IMG/VR virus record: IMGVR_UViG_3300042197_001533
DNA length: 64,000 bases
From: an uncultured virus (IMG/VR IMGVR_UViG_3300042197_001533)
Lineage: Duplodnaviria > Heunggongvirae > Uroviricota > Caudoviricetes
Direction: 5' to 3' (one strand)
Below the pieces are notes generated by a model, which had not been told where the DNA came from, did no database searches, and saw only the letters and a program-made list of their open reading frames with translations. Shown here in pieces: positions 1 through 9,884 of this stretch. Position 1 is the stretch's first letter. Every line of letters starts with the position of its first letter. Made by a program: the position numbers and the translations under genes.

Positions 1-117
1 GAAGTCTGCCCAACTTCCGGAATCCGAGAAACTTCCGGAGACGGAATAACTCGAAGTCAACGAGAAGTCTGCCCAACTTCCGGAATCCGAGAAACTTCCG
101 GAGACGGAATAACTCGA
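1..117. repeat. 63-bp period tandem repeat in the fibre gene (21-aa unit SLTSSYSVSGSFSDSGSWADF)
   Basis: Positions 1-54 are identical to 64-117. Confidence 0.9.
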
Positions 118-2526
118 CGACTCAACCGATCCCAATAGTGTCCCAGCAAATTCAGCCCAACTAGACGATTCCACGTAACTCGAACTCAAAGCAACACTCG
201 CAGTTCCATGAAACTCACCAGCTATAAATCGTGATGAACTTATTTCACCGGATGCACTTACAATTGTTAACACCGTTCCATCCGAATCCTTCCACTCGGT
301 TAAATTCGCCGCCTGTGAAGCGGCGCCTTTGACGATTTGTCCGACTACGGAATTCGTCGCCGATACAACATCCAACATCGAAGTCGGCGCAGTTTGATTG
401 ACCCCCACCTTACCAGCGAAGTAGTTCAACGCAGCTGCGTCCGCCGCGAAAAAACTGAAAGGAGTATTGGTCTGTGTCCCCGTTGTGATGTCGCCGCAGT
501 AAAAACCATAGGTATTAGTAATAGTTCCACTATTTGAAATATTACCGAGTCTGTATCCGTATGCGGTTGTTATAGTTGATGCCGCATTGGGGGCTCCCCA
601 CGCAGCCAGATCATACCCATATAAAGACGTTACTGTAGATGATCCTGCATGCGTAACGTATCCATAAAATCCCCTCATTCCACCGACATTTCCAGTTGCG
701 CCGGCTTGTATAGTTGATTGAGCACTGATACCTATCAACGCTGTGTCCTGCGTCCAAGCCTGTGTATTGCTCGCAGGCAAAGCGACGGAGCCACCGTTTG
801 CCCACACTACAATACCACCTGCGGCTCCAGCGTCTGTTATTCTAGGAATCACAGAAGTTAAAAAACCATAGTTACTCGTTGGATTTGTTAAGTTTTTAGA
901 AACAACAGTTTGAGTCCTTGCGTTTGTTAATGAACTCCCATTGCCAATAACGGATTGACCATTATCGTTTATCCGGATGATATTTTTATTCTTAACAATA
1001 TATAGAGCTGCGGAATTTGTTCCTGTCCAATCATCCGTCGTCATCGAAGTTGAACTTGCAATTGTGACAATTGTTCTAGTTTCTCCAGCACAGATAATCG
1101 TATCCCCGACTACGAATGATAGTAAAAAGTTTGTGCCAGACCCAACTACAGTCCCAACTCCAGATGTAGTTGTGATTGTTCCCGGCCCATACTCCTGCAT
1201 CTCGTAAGTTAAATCAGTCGCAGTAGACGCCCAGTTTGAAATAGATGTCATTACCGTATCCGAGGTAATTGTTTTAATAATGTGAGTCTCACCGTTTGCT
1301 ACAATCAAATCACCGACCGTAAACATTGAGAGAAATTTAGTGCCAGTCCCCGATGTCGTGGATGAACCGGATGTCACAGATATTGTTCCAACAGTGTCCG
1401 TCCCTCGTTTTCTAATAAACAATGACGACTGAGGATAAGCACTAGACGCTCCAGTTGAGTTGTCACCAAATTTTAACGTATTGTAAGTATCGTCATAAAA
1501 CAGATTGGCGTTGTTCTGGCTCACCACACCTGATGGACCTGTAAATAATATTGAACCGGTTGTCATTCCACTCAATATAAGTCCATCCACTGTGCCCCCC
1601 GTCAAAGGAAGATAACCGCTCGCTGTTAATGTTGAGTTTGAATTCAAAGAATAACTTGCTGAAAGTATTGAACCATGAACATTTGAACTCGTTATATAGC
1701 TAGCTGTGATGGAAACATTAGAGTTTACAGCGTGACTCCCGGATGTAGAATAAAACGAATTACTTGAACTTATTGATTGACTGGATGTAATTGGTTGTGC
1801 AGAACCACTTGTTGTGGGTGTTTTTCCAAAAAATCCCAATTTATTCCCAGAGATTTGTATAACTGTTTCTAGTTGATTGTCATTAACTCCACTAATCGTA
1901 CCAGCCACAGAACCTTTCAAAATAATCCCGGCCTCAGCTGTTCCCGTCGAAACTCCCGGCAAAAGACATAGATCTCCTCCATCAGAGTCTAACGATCCAA
2001 CTCCTGCACCTCCTGCTTGAATTATCAATGCACTTCCCGTTGACGCTGACGAAGTAGCCCTCTCCATCCATAAATTCCTCTCCATATCTCCACCAATCGA
2101 GATAAACTTAGACGGCGACACAGTTCCAATCCCAATATCACCAACGTTGTCAATCCTTATGGCAGAGTTTCCGCTGCCATCATAAATTTGAGTATAGTTT
2201 GAAGGATTCCCTATAATGGATTTGGAATCGTCGTAAGATTTTAATAAATTCGTTCTAACGTTAGTTGCAGCTAGTAACGATGGAGTAGTAATATTCCCCG
2301 ACATCGTATCTCCCGACAATCTCACATAAGCGCTGGCACTTACAGCAAAACTGGATGTGTTAGGCGTTATGAGCGACGCCAGTTGGGTATACGTTTTTGC
2401 GACTACCGAAGAAGTCGAATCAAATGAAATCACCGACGACGTCACATTTCTAAGAATATGCTCTTCGAGACTCGTGCTTCCCGATTGTCGGCGTGTTAGT
2501 AATATATCAGAATACTCTAGTGCCAT
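1..2526 (-). CDS. Tail fibre / receptor-binding protein, partial (runs off the window start; missing from the ORF track)
   Basis: ATG at 2526 (MALEYSDILLTRRQSG...). I checked the frame codon by codon over 1-1440 and translated the N-terminus without finding stops. Contains GIGTVSP, two GTxxVxGxGTxF..GDxI-type repeats, QIVKGAASQAANLTEW and Ser-rich SSSY repeats. Late-type motif at 2534-2540. Confidence 0.8.
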   Translation of the reverse strand, partial: MALEYSDILLTRRQSGSTSLEEHILRNVTSSVISFDSTSSVVAKTYTQLASLITPNTSSFAVSASAYVRLSGDTMSGNITTPSLLAATNVRTNLLKSYDDSKSIIGNPSNYTQIYDGSGNSAIRIDNVGDIGIGTVSPSKFISIGGDMERNLWMERATSSASTGSALIIQAGGAGVGSLDSDGGDLCLLPGVSTGTAEAGIILKGSVAGTISGVNDNQLETVIQISGNKLGFFGKTPTTSGSAQPITSSQSISSSNSFYSTSGSHAVNSNVSITASYITSSNVHGSILSASYSLNSNSTLTASGYLPLTGGTVDGLILSGMTTGSILFTGPSGVVSQNNANLFYDDTYNTLKFGDNSTGASSAYPQSSLFIRKRGTDTVGTISVTSGSSTTSGTGTKFLSMFTVGDLIVANGETHIIKTITSDTVMTSISNWASTATDLTYEMQEYGPGTITTTSGVGTVVGSGTNFLLSFVVGDTIICAGETRTIVTIASSTSMTTDDWTGTNSAALYIVKNKNIIRINDNGQSVIGNGSSLTNARTQTVVSKNLTNPTSNYGFLTSVIPRITDAGAAGGIVVWANGGSVALPASNTQAWTQDTALIGISAQSTIQAGATGNVGGMRGFYGYVTHAGSSTVTSLYGYDLAAWGAPNAASTITTAYGYRLGNISNSGTITNTYGFYCGDITTGTQTNTPFSFFAADAAALNYFAGKVGVNQTAPTSMLDVVSATNSVVGQIVKGAASQAANLTEWKDSDGTVLTIVSASGEISSSRFIAGEFHGTASVALSSSYVESSSWAEFAGTLLGSVESSSYSVSGSFSDSGSWADFSLTSSYSVSGSFSDSGSWADF

Positions 2527-2571
2527 GTATCCTATAAGTATCTACAGACATCAGTTATCAAAACAAATAAT

Positions 2572-3351
2572 TCAATAGAGAGAGAGTGGAGATCTCTTCC
2601 AAAGCCCTGCACTTGTTCTTAGATAAATATAATCGTCATCATAACGAATTTCACCCGTAACTCCTGCACTACCTGTCTCAGGAGAGGAACCGGGGTTAAA
2701 TATAACCAATTGCCCAGCAGAAACTAATCCGACAATTTTTACAGACGATCCAGAAAGAAATCCGCTGCCGCTTATATTACTAGCAGTTACATTGGTCGCA
2801 GAAACATAACCTCCTACAAGATTTACGGTTGTGGTTGAAGTTGTCGAATTAGCCGCATGTGATGATGTAAGAGCGTAGCTCGCCGATTCTATTGAACCCA
2901 ACAACGTTCCAGCAAAATTTGCATAACTTGAAGTTTCAGTGTAACTCGCGGAAGTCACCGAACCCAATAGTGTATTAGCAAACTCAGCGTGACTAGCGCT
3001 GTCAGAATTGCTTGCAGATGTAGCCAAATCCGCTAACGTTACATTTCCATAAATAGCGGAACTAGAAACGTAACTGGCTGTATTAGCCATACTGGCGCTT
3101 AAAGCATAACTGGATGTCAATGAATAACTGGATGAAACAACCGAACCGAGCAATGTGTTTGCAAACTGAGCATGACTTGCGGTGACTGAATAACTCGATG
3201 AGACACTAGAAATCTCGGCGGGTATGTTATTTGAGGCGGAAATTCTTCCATCTGCACCTAAAACCAATACACGGTTAGATCCTGATAGAATTCTCTCATA
3301 CCACGATGAACCCGAATATTGTTGTGAATAAAAGTCAAATTGGTTTGGCAT
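2572..3351 (-). CDS. Ser/Ala-rich fibre-like virion protein
   Basis: SSSYA/ASHA repeats, repeated FA(N/G)TLLGS motif, C-terminal GxxGEIRYDDDYIY...WKR motif. Confidence 0.7.
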   Translation of the reverse strand: MPNQFDFYSQQYSGSSWYERILSGSNRVLVLGADGRISASNNIPAEISSVSSSYSVTASHAQFANTLLGSVVSSSYSLTSSYALSASMANTASYVSSSAIYGNVTLADLATSASNSDSASHAEFANTLLGSVTSASYTETSSYANFAGTLLGSIESASYALTSSHAANSTTSTTTVNLVGGYVSATNVTASNISGSGFLSGSSVKIVGLVSAGQLVIFNPGSSPETGSAGVTGEIRYDDDYIYLRTSAGLWKRSPLSLY

Positions 3352-3404
3352 AAATCCTTAATGTCAGTAATAAATATATAATAAACTTAGATCAACATAT
3401 TTTT

Positions 3405-3560
3405 TCAGTCTTCCCAAGAACTTATCGGCATTCTTGCCCAACTACCTTGTTGATATATGTAGATATAAGACTCGTCTACGGCCCACCAACCTTCACCTCC
3501 CGGTGAATTAGAGGACGATGGAACTGAACGAAAAAGGGAATTTTCATCATAGATTTTCAT
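3405..3560 (-). CDS. 51-aa small virion protein (below the ORF-track cutoff)
   Basis: MKIYDENSLFRSVPSSSNSPGGEGWWAVDESYIYIYQQGSWARMPISSWED. ATG abuts the stop of the upstream gene and the sequence resembles the C-termini of both neighbours. Confidence 0.8.
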   Translation of the reverse strand: MKIYDENSLFRSVPSSSNSPGGEGWWAVDESYIYIYQQGSWARMPISSWED

Positions 3561-4724
3561 TTAGAATCCCTCCCAAGCAGAAAGCGAATGTCTCTTCCAG
3601 GACCCCCCTACGTAAATGTAATGATAATCTCCATCGTAAGACATCCACCCTTCTTGTCCATATGAATTAGCACTGGTTGGTGCATCGTGCCACAATTCTA
3701 CACCATTTTCGTTATTGTATGTATTAGTTACAAGATTTTCATAGAATCCACGAATACTAGCTAACTGTTCGTTGGAAACATCCGTTACCGATCCGTTCAT
3801 GTTTATCTTAGGCTTTTCAAAAGAATCTCCGTCAGGAACCATAGGATTCTCGTGAGTGTAATCAATTGGTTTTTTATACGAAGTATTCTTGAGATTATTG
3901 TTAATATCAGCCATCTGCTTACCGGATACAATCTCTGTTCCAATCTTAATCACCCTTGGAGTTAGACTCCTCTTTACGGTTTGTTGTCTTTCCTCAAAGG
4001 ATTCCTCCAAAAGATATGCTTTAACCTTCAAACTAAAAGTAGCCTTCACGAGTCTGTCATCATCAGATGGACTCTCTGAAGAAAACGAAAACGTGTCAGC
4101 ATAAACTCTAAATTTGAACCTCTTAGGGTCGCCCCAGTATTCTTCACACGCGAAATTAATCTTTTGGACTATGGTGTTTATCTGTTCAACATATTCACAC
4201 CAACAGATAAACTCGTAGGTAACGTCGATGTGATCCGGCAGCGAGATGCTCAAAATTTGATTTACAGGAGCAGCATAATTATTCAATATTGAGAATCTAT
4301 CATACTTGTTCTTAGCATCAAACTTTCTTAGAACCGGATATGTAAGATGACGATTGACTGTCATTAAATTTAAATCCTTGACAAATGATGTTCTGGAAAA
4401 TACTATAACCGGAAGTTGGATCTTCCCTTGTTGGTCACGTATAACACCGTCTTGTTGAATCGATTTCCACTTTTCTTGTGAAGCGTAATGTATCGGAACC
4501 TTTATACTCTGTCCGTTATCCAACACACTTATGTTGATTTCGTCGGAAAGGTGCTTAAGCACTGCGGTATCTACATCCAATAATCTAACAGTGAAGTTCT
4601 TTGACGAATCTTGATCACGTCTAACATTTAACGCACGGTTTTCAGAAACCTTAACACCTGCGACAGATGTCGATGATTGAATATTATTCGGTGCTGGGTT
4701 GTTAGTATTTCCTTGCCATGCCAT
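3561..4724 (-). CDS. Tail terminator / sheath stabiliser (T4 gp15-like) with C-terminal extension
   Basis: KVPIHYASQEKW, LPVIVFSRTS, PDHIDVTYEF..QINTIVQKI pattern; lies next to the neck genes. Confidence 0.7.
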   Translation of the reverse strand: MAWQGNTNNPAPNNIQSSTSVAGVKVSENRALNVRRDQDSSKNFTVRLLDVDTAVLKHLSDEINISVLDNGQSIKVPIHYASQEKWKSIQQDGVIRDQQGKIQLPVIVFSRTSFVKDLNLMTVNRHLTYPVLRKFDAKNKYDRFSILNNYAAPVNQILSISLPDHIDVTYEFICWCEYVEQINTIVQKINFACEEYWGDPKRFKFRVYADTFSFSSESPSDDDRLVKATFSLKVKAYLLEESFEERQQTVKRSLTPRVIKIGTEIVSGKQMADINNNLKNTSYKKPIDYTHENPMVPDGDSFEKPKINMNGSVTDVSNEQLASIRGFYENLVTNTYNNENGVELWHDAPTSANSYGQEGWMSYDGDYHYIYVGGSWKRHSLSAWEGF

Positions 4725-4730
4725 AATTTA

Positions 4731-5207
4731 TTAGATTTGTCTATCCACTAGATTTATCTTACTCAACCTTGAATAATGTGTATTACATATTATAGATAAA
4801 CTCTTCTCTGGTTGTCCCGCTAAAAACTGTTCTTGCACTACATTATCAATTTCGTGATATCTCTCATTAAAGAGAATCAAATCTCCAACTTGAGGAAAGA
4901 AGTTTATCTGCTGAAGCATCTTCTCTCTGAACATAAAAACTGGATTCTGTTTTCTATCAGGACCAAACTCAGCATCTTCAGTTGTTATATCACCACCGTC
5001 ACGTAAACACGTTATATCTATTCCTGGAAAATAAAATTTTCCAGACGATTGATCAGTTTCTCCGTATATGTTTGTGACTGTTTCTAACGGAGCTATCTTG
5101 TAAAGAGTAACAACCACCTGAACTATGTCAGAAAATAACTCTCCTTGAACAGAGTTCAAAAATAACCTATCCCGTGACGAGTAATATCTTCCTAGAAAAT
5201 CTCCCAT
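4731..5207 (-). CDS. Neck / head-closure protein (T4 gp14-like)
   Basis: NIYGE and FPQVGDLI.FNERYHEI motifs; synteny. Confidence 0.65.
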   Translation of the reverse strand: MGDFLGRYYSSRDRLFLNSVQGELFSDIVQVVVTLYKIAPLETVTNIYGETDQSSGKFYFPGIDITCLRDGGDITTEDAEFGPDRKQNPVFMFREKMLQQINFFPQVGDLILFNERYHEIDNVVQEQFLAGQPEKSLSIICNTHYSRLSKINLVDRQI

Positions 5208-5210
5208 AAA

Positions 5211-6380
5211 TTATCCAATATAAATCAAGTTAGGAATTTTCTTCAAAACGTCATTGGTTTTGTCCGACTTATTAGCATTAGCTTCCAATTGTTTATCCAC
5301 CGTCATAGATTCCAACATTTCTCTTAACTGAGACATCAACGCTTCCTTCTCAGCGGCAGCTTCAGAACGAAGTTCTCCGCCATCCAAAGAAACTTCTCCT
5401 CCAGGAATAGGAACCGTGGAATACTTCTGACGAATTGCCCCCAAAACCTCTTTACATAAAGCAAGGAAATATTTCTTTATCCATTGGCGACCAACCGAGT
5501 TTATCGTATAATACGGTATGTTCTGATATGGTATATTAGAGTAATCAGATGACTTCTGATAAGCAGAGCTTGACAAAAAGACCGATGCGCTCTTGTCGTT
5601 TTCCACAAAATATTCAAAATATAGTTTGTATGACACAGTCGGTATCGGAAAAATCTTCAATTTGTTATTAACCACTTCAAACGTGTACGCACTCTTTCTG
5701 ACCATATCATTGAACTCTATGGCTTGACCCCTAAGCAAATCTTCAAAAATCGGAGTCATCAAGAATTGTGTTGCAGGCGAATAACCAGCAAACCCCATTT
5801 CATTTAGGACGTTGCTATAACTCATACCAGTCATACTGAATGGATCGTATATTCTCGCGAAGGCCGGAGTTGGTCCATGAAATACACGACGAAGTTCAAT
5901 TCTATTGAAGCTTTCCGATGTATCTCCCCATAAAGACTGAAGGTCATAAATTTGAGTTCCTTGAGCCACATCTATATGACCTTTTTTTAAGTCAATCTTT
6001 CCCCCCACCATTGCCTCCGAACCATATGCTTTAGATATATCTACGACGTAATTTAAACCTGAATCCACCACCGTTTTTCCACCAACATTTGTAGTTCTGG
6101 TCTGACCAATGAGGTTAAGATAATTATTTTTTATATTGAATTGATTTACTTGGGCACCGTATTCAGAGACGGCTTCTTCAAAGCAAGAGTAGAAATTCAC
6201 ATCCATTAACTCTATATCTACAACAGGGTATCCGAGTCTTCGCCCTGCCCATGTTGCGCCGTTGTAACAATCTAAGGTAAACTCAGTATCCGTGTCGTAT
6301 AAACCAAAAGGTGTAGAACCAGATACGGCGGAGCCGCTTCCGGGCCAGCGAATTCGGTCCTGGTCAATTCCAATACTCAT
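5211..6380 (-). CDS. Neck / head-tail adaptor protein (T4 gp13-like)
   Basis: RRLGYPVVDIEL, WIKKYFLALCKEVLG.IR.KY..VPIPGG.VSLDG..L.SEA motifs. Confidence 0.8.
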   Translation of the reverse strand: MSIGIDQDRIRWPGSGSAVSGSTPFGLYDTDTEFTLDCYNGATWAGRRLGYPVVDIELMDVNFYSCFEEAVSEYGAQVNQFNIKNNYLNLIGQTRTTNVGGKTVVDSGLNYVVDISKAYGSEAMVGGKIDLKKGHIDVAQGTQIYDLQSLWGDTSESFNRIELRRVFHGPTPAFARIYDPFSMTGMSYSNVLNEMGFAGYSPATQFLMTPIFEDLLRGQAIEFNDMVRKSAYTFEVVNNKLKIFPIPTVSYKLYFEYFVENDKSASVFLSSSAYQKSSDYSNIPYQNIPYYTINSVGRQWIKKYFLALCKEVLGAIRQKYSTVPIPGGEVSLDGGELRSEAAAEKEALMSQLREMLESMTVDKQLEANANKSDKTNDVLKKIPNLIYIG

Positions 6381-6431
6381 ATACCATATAAATAGTATGG
6401 TCTACCCAAACACGAAAGAGTTTCGTAAGTA

Positions 6432-7610
6432 TTAGTGGATCAAGAGATATGTTCCCAGAACATCTTTTCGGCTCGCAGAGTCATCTCCGTCTCTAGGGCG
6501 GACGATAACATTATATTTACCAATTTCATCGGATTCCGGAGTATTTCTCAACTCATCATACGTCAATATAGAATCTTTGGCCACGTTAAACTTCTTCGAC
6601 ATTCTATCCTTCAATGTTTCCAAATCCGCGTCGGATTTAAACTTCACCCTACCTTTTTCATCCTTCACATACTTTACACGTCCCTTAGCTCCCGGCTCGA
6701 ATTGAAGCAAATCCAAAAAATCTTCTTTCGGAACCACGGTGGAATTCTTAGTCTTTGTAAAATCAATACGTTTTTCTTCCTCCTTCTTAGCACCCATAGA
6801 GAAATTTATCAAGAAATTTGCAGGTTTGTCACCCTGTGCCACGGATGCCATTTTAGTGTAGGCGTAGAAATTCACCTTTGGAAACTTCCTAGCAATAGAA
6901 TATGCAAGAGCCAGATAATCGGGTGAGAAGAAATCTCCCGCATCGTGCCAACGAATTACGTTCTGTATATCTTTTTTATCAAAAGTGCTTGCCATCTTCG
7001 TTATTTCTGATTCCAACATCTTGGCAAACCCGGCCGGATCATTCAAAAGGAAGTTGAGAACTTTTGTTTGTGACAGAGAAGCGTCTTTGAACTGAATGTA
7101 TCCACCCTTCCTTGCATAACAATAAACCTTACACGCACCTGCTCCTGGACACGTATCCACGACGACGAACTTTCCGGTCTTTTCATCTACTGCTAATCCC
7201 TTTAACGCTGGCAGACCTATGTTGTAAAATTGAACAAATCCCTTGCCGCCGGAGTGAGCCAATTTTTCATTCTGTTTGAGTAACGTTTTTGGTCTTGTCA
7301 TCACCGCTTTTTTCAACGCTTCAAGGTCATACTTCTTGTCATCTTGATTCCGTATTTCTATGTTACTCGCGTGAATATAAGGCATATCAAACCTGTCCTT
7401 CGCGGTCTTCTCGCCGGTCGCAGTCTTAGCCATATATTGTTGCATTTCATCATCCGTCACATCTCTAGTGGTCGCACCCAAGAAATCAGCTTCGTTTAGA
7501 TTATTTCTAACGAAATCTTCGATAGGAATCACTTTCATCTCCAATAAAGATTCAGTTTTAATCTCAGTCAAACATTCAGATACAAGTTTTTTAAAGGCAG
7601 AAATTTTCAT
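6432..7610 (-). CDS. GP88-like protein (radical-SAM-like Cys cluster) with N-terminal leader
   Basis: TCPGAGACKVYCYA, RWHDAGDFF, FYAYTK motifs. Confidence 0.65.
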   Translation of the reverse strand: MKISAFKKLVSECLTEIKTESLLEMKVIPIEDFVRNNLNEADFLGATTRDVTDDEMQQYMAKTATGEKTAKDRFDMPYIHASNIEIRNQDDKKYDLEALKKAVMTRPKTLLKQNEKLAHSGGKGFVQFYNIGLPALKGLAVDEKTGKFVVVDTCPGAGACKVYCYARKGGYIQFKDASLSQTKVLNFLLNDPAGFAKMLESEITKMASTFDKKDIQNVIRWHDAGDFFSPDYLALAYSIARKFPKVNFYAYTKMASVAQGDKPANFLINFSMGAKKEEEKRIDFTKTKNSTVVPKEDFLDLLQFEPGAKGRVKYVKDEKGRVKFKSDADLETLKDRMSKKFNVAKDSILTYDELRNTPESDEIGKYNVIVRPRDGDDSASRKDVLGTYLLIH

Positions 7611-7611
7611 A

Positions 7612-7827
7612 TTATTTTACAGTAACAAAAACAACCCCATTCACAGATTTCAACTCCACGTTTATAATATCACGTCTCAGGTTAGTAAGAAAAACTGATT
7701 GACCTTCGACGGTTTTTGTTTCATGTGAATTCGGTGCAACCTGAAACTCAACCGAGGAACTATTGGGCTGTCCCTCGCGGCCGGAATCGGAATGCTCCTC
7801 AGATAATAAGTCTTTAAGTTTAATCAT
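7612..7827 (-). CDS. Small hypothetical protein with MIKLKDLLSE leader
   Basis: ORF preceded by the late-type motif at 7835-7841. Confidence 0.65.
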   Translation of the reverse strand: MIKLKDLLSEEHSDSGREGQPNSSSVEFQVAPNSHETKTVEGQSVFLTNLRRDIINVELKSVNGVVFVTVK

Positions 7828-7861
7828 GGTGTCAATAAATATCGTTGGACATTATAAAATG

Positions 7862-7889
7862 TTGAAACATTTCAATAATCGACTAAGAT
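7862..7889 (+). promoter_or_regulatory. Sigma70-like promoter for the plus-strand island
   Basis: TTGAAA-16nt-TAAGAT, 6 nt before ATG 7896. Confidence 0.55.
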
Positions 7890-7895
7890 ACATAT

Positions 7896-8369
7896 ATGTT
7901 CACAGAACTAAAAACCGACCTTTTGACAGCTGAAGTGGATGCCATTGCACATTGTGCCAACTGTTTTTGCATAATGGGATCTGGTATAGCTAGGCAAATA
8001 AAGGAAAAACTTCCCGAAGCTTTTTTAGCCGACACCAAAACACAGCCTGGCGATAGAGATAAACTCGGTAAGTTTTCGTGTGGTGAAATCACCCAACCGA
8101 AGATTAAAACTACAGTAAAGTTCGTATATAACCTATACGGGCAATTTTATTACGGTAGGGATTCCCGTAAATTGAACTACGAATCCATCTATACCGCACT
8201 TGAGGGCATGAGACATGATTGTGTTTCGCATCCGATAACAAATATAGGGTTCCCAAAAAACATGGGATGTATGTTGGCGGGTGGTTCGTGGCCAATAGTG
8301 GAATCCATGATTCACAGTGTATTTGACGAATCCCCATTCCACATCTACATCTGTGAATACACTGTATAA
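7896..8369 (+). CDS. Macrodomain (ADP-ribose binding/hydrolase) protein
   Basis: DLL....DAIAHCANCFCIMGSGIA, NLYGQ, GFPKNMGCMLAGGSW motifs. Confidence 0.9.
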   Translation: MFTELKTDLLTAEVDAIAHCANCFCIMGSGIARQIKEKLPEAFLADTKTQPGDRDKLGKFSCGEITQPKIKTTVKFVYNLYGQFYYGRDSRKLNYESIYTALEGMRHDCVSHPITNIGFPKNMGCMLAGGSWPIVESMIHSVFDESPFHIYICEYTV

Positions 8370-8371
8370 TT

Positions 8372-9364
8372 ATGCCTAAGATTCTGTCAACACGGTCTGT
8401 TTATTATAACGATTGCAATTTGATTGCCCAACCGGTTCACTATTCTCTCAAAAGTCGAGGAGATGTTCCAATAGAACTTGACAGAATTTTTGTATCACCG
8501 ATGTCTGCGATAGTAGGAAATACATTCACAGAGGAGGCCACGGATTTAGGTTTAAATGTCGGAATACATAGATTCTGTGACATCGGCAAACAAATAGAAA
8601 TGGTAAAGTCTTCTCCACATAATTACAACAATGCATATGTGAGTATAGGATTGAATGACTGGGACAGGGTATCCCTTTTGAGGGATTACACATCCAATTG
8701 GATAATAGATTGCGCCAATGGTTATTTATTCAATCAGATAATACCGACTATAAATCGGTTGAAATTCGAAGCAAGTATCAAAAATTTAGTGATAGGAAAC
8801 ATACACTCCAAAGAGGGGATAGAGATTTACAAGGAGTTATCCGAGGAAAACTTCCTGGTTTATTTCAGAGTGGGGATAGCATGTGGATCAGCCTGTTCGA
8901 CCTCTGACGCAACAGGAATAAACCGTGGACAGATAACCGAACTTATTGAATGCCGTGAATATATTGACAGTGAAGAGTTTTCTAATTTTTTCATAATAGC
9001 CGATGGTGGAATTAAAAATGGAAATTACGCGTCAAAAGCATTTGGTGCTGGAGCGGATTGTATAATGTTAGGTGGATTCTTTTCGAGAGCAAAAGAGGCG
9101 GAAACACACGTCATAAAAGACGGAACATATTGGGGCGGTGCTAGTAAAAAACAACAAGAATTGTTCGGTGGCGTAAAACGACATAGTGAAGGAAAGGTCT
9201 ATCAGGTTGATGGGGAACTACTTCCGTTAAAAGAACTTGTGGATGAATTATGGGGAGGCATAAGCAGTTGTGTAAGTTACAGTGGATATTCCACATTGAA
9301 TGATTTTATAGGACACGGTGTTTTTGAGATAAAAGAAAACAGTTTGCCCCCACGGGGAAGATGA
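8372..9364 (+). CDS. GMP reductase / IMP dehydrogenase family protein without CBS domains
   Basis: SPM, HRF, IDCANGY, GNI, RVGIACGSACST catalytic-Cys loop, IIADGGI, GAD..MLG, SEGK. Confidence 0.85.
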   Translation: MPKILSTRSVYYNDCNLIAQPVHYSLKSRGDVPIELDRIFVSPMSAIVGNTFTEEATDLGLNVGIHRFCDIGKQIEMVKSSPHNYNNAYVSIGLNDWDRVSLLRDYTSNWIIDCANGYLFNQIIPTINRLKFEASIKNLVIGNIHSKEGIEIYKELSEENFLVYFRVGIACGSACSTSDATGINRGQITELIECREYIDSEEFSNFFIIADGGIKNGNYASKAFGAGADCIMLGGFFSRAKEAETHVIKDGTYWGGASKKQQELFGGVKRHSEGKVYQVDGELLPLKELVDELWGGISSCVSYSGYSTLNDFIGHGVFEIKENSLPPRGR

Positions 9365-9374
9365 AAGGAAAATT

Positions 9375-9782
9375 ATGGGATGGATGGGATATGGAATATA
9401 CGATGGAGACGAAACACAAACTCGTCATTATGACTTCATTAAATGGAGCAAATGTGGAAAAGAAGACGAAGTTTATGACGATTGGTTTAGATATAGAAAG
9501 ACTGTAATTCCTAAAGAGAGAATCCCTATATTAGAAAAAAACTTGGAACTGGTCATTGAAAAGATGCCCAACGTCAAGTTTTGGAATGAGGACAAAGCAA
9601 TCGCGTGGCAGATGCTTTTGGCGTTGTTATTAGACAACAAGATTAAACCTCCAGTGATTGTAAAAAAGAATGGAATTCTTGGAACGGAGTTCTTGATGGA
9701 GGAACACGCTTCAGATTTTAATGAACCCCATGTAAGACGAAAGGTATTGAGAAACTTCATCAAACGGACAAAATCCTTATGA
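9375..9782 (+). CDS. Hypothetical protein
   Basis: 135-aa ORF continuing the island; MGWMGYGIYDGD start. Confidence 0.7.
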   Translation: MGWMGYGIYDGDETQTRHYDFIKWSKCGKEDEVYDDWFRYRKTVIPKERIPILEKNLELVIEKMPNVKFWNEDKAIAWQMLLALLLDNKIKPPVIVKKNGILGTEFLMEEHASDFNEPHVRRKVLRNFIKRTKSL

Positions 9783-9884
9783 AAGATAAGAAAATCTGTC
9801 TACCTCCCGTTATGTTTTCAATCGATAATGAATAGACCAGAAAACACGGAAAGTAGAAACAAATAGTTTGGATAGAAATTAAAG

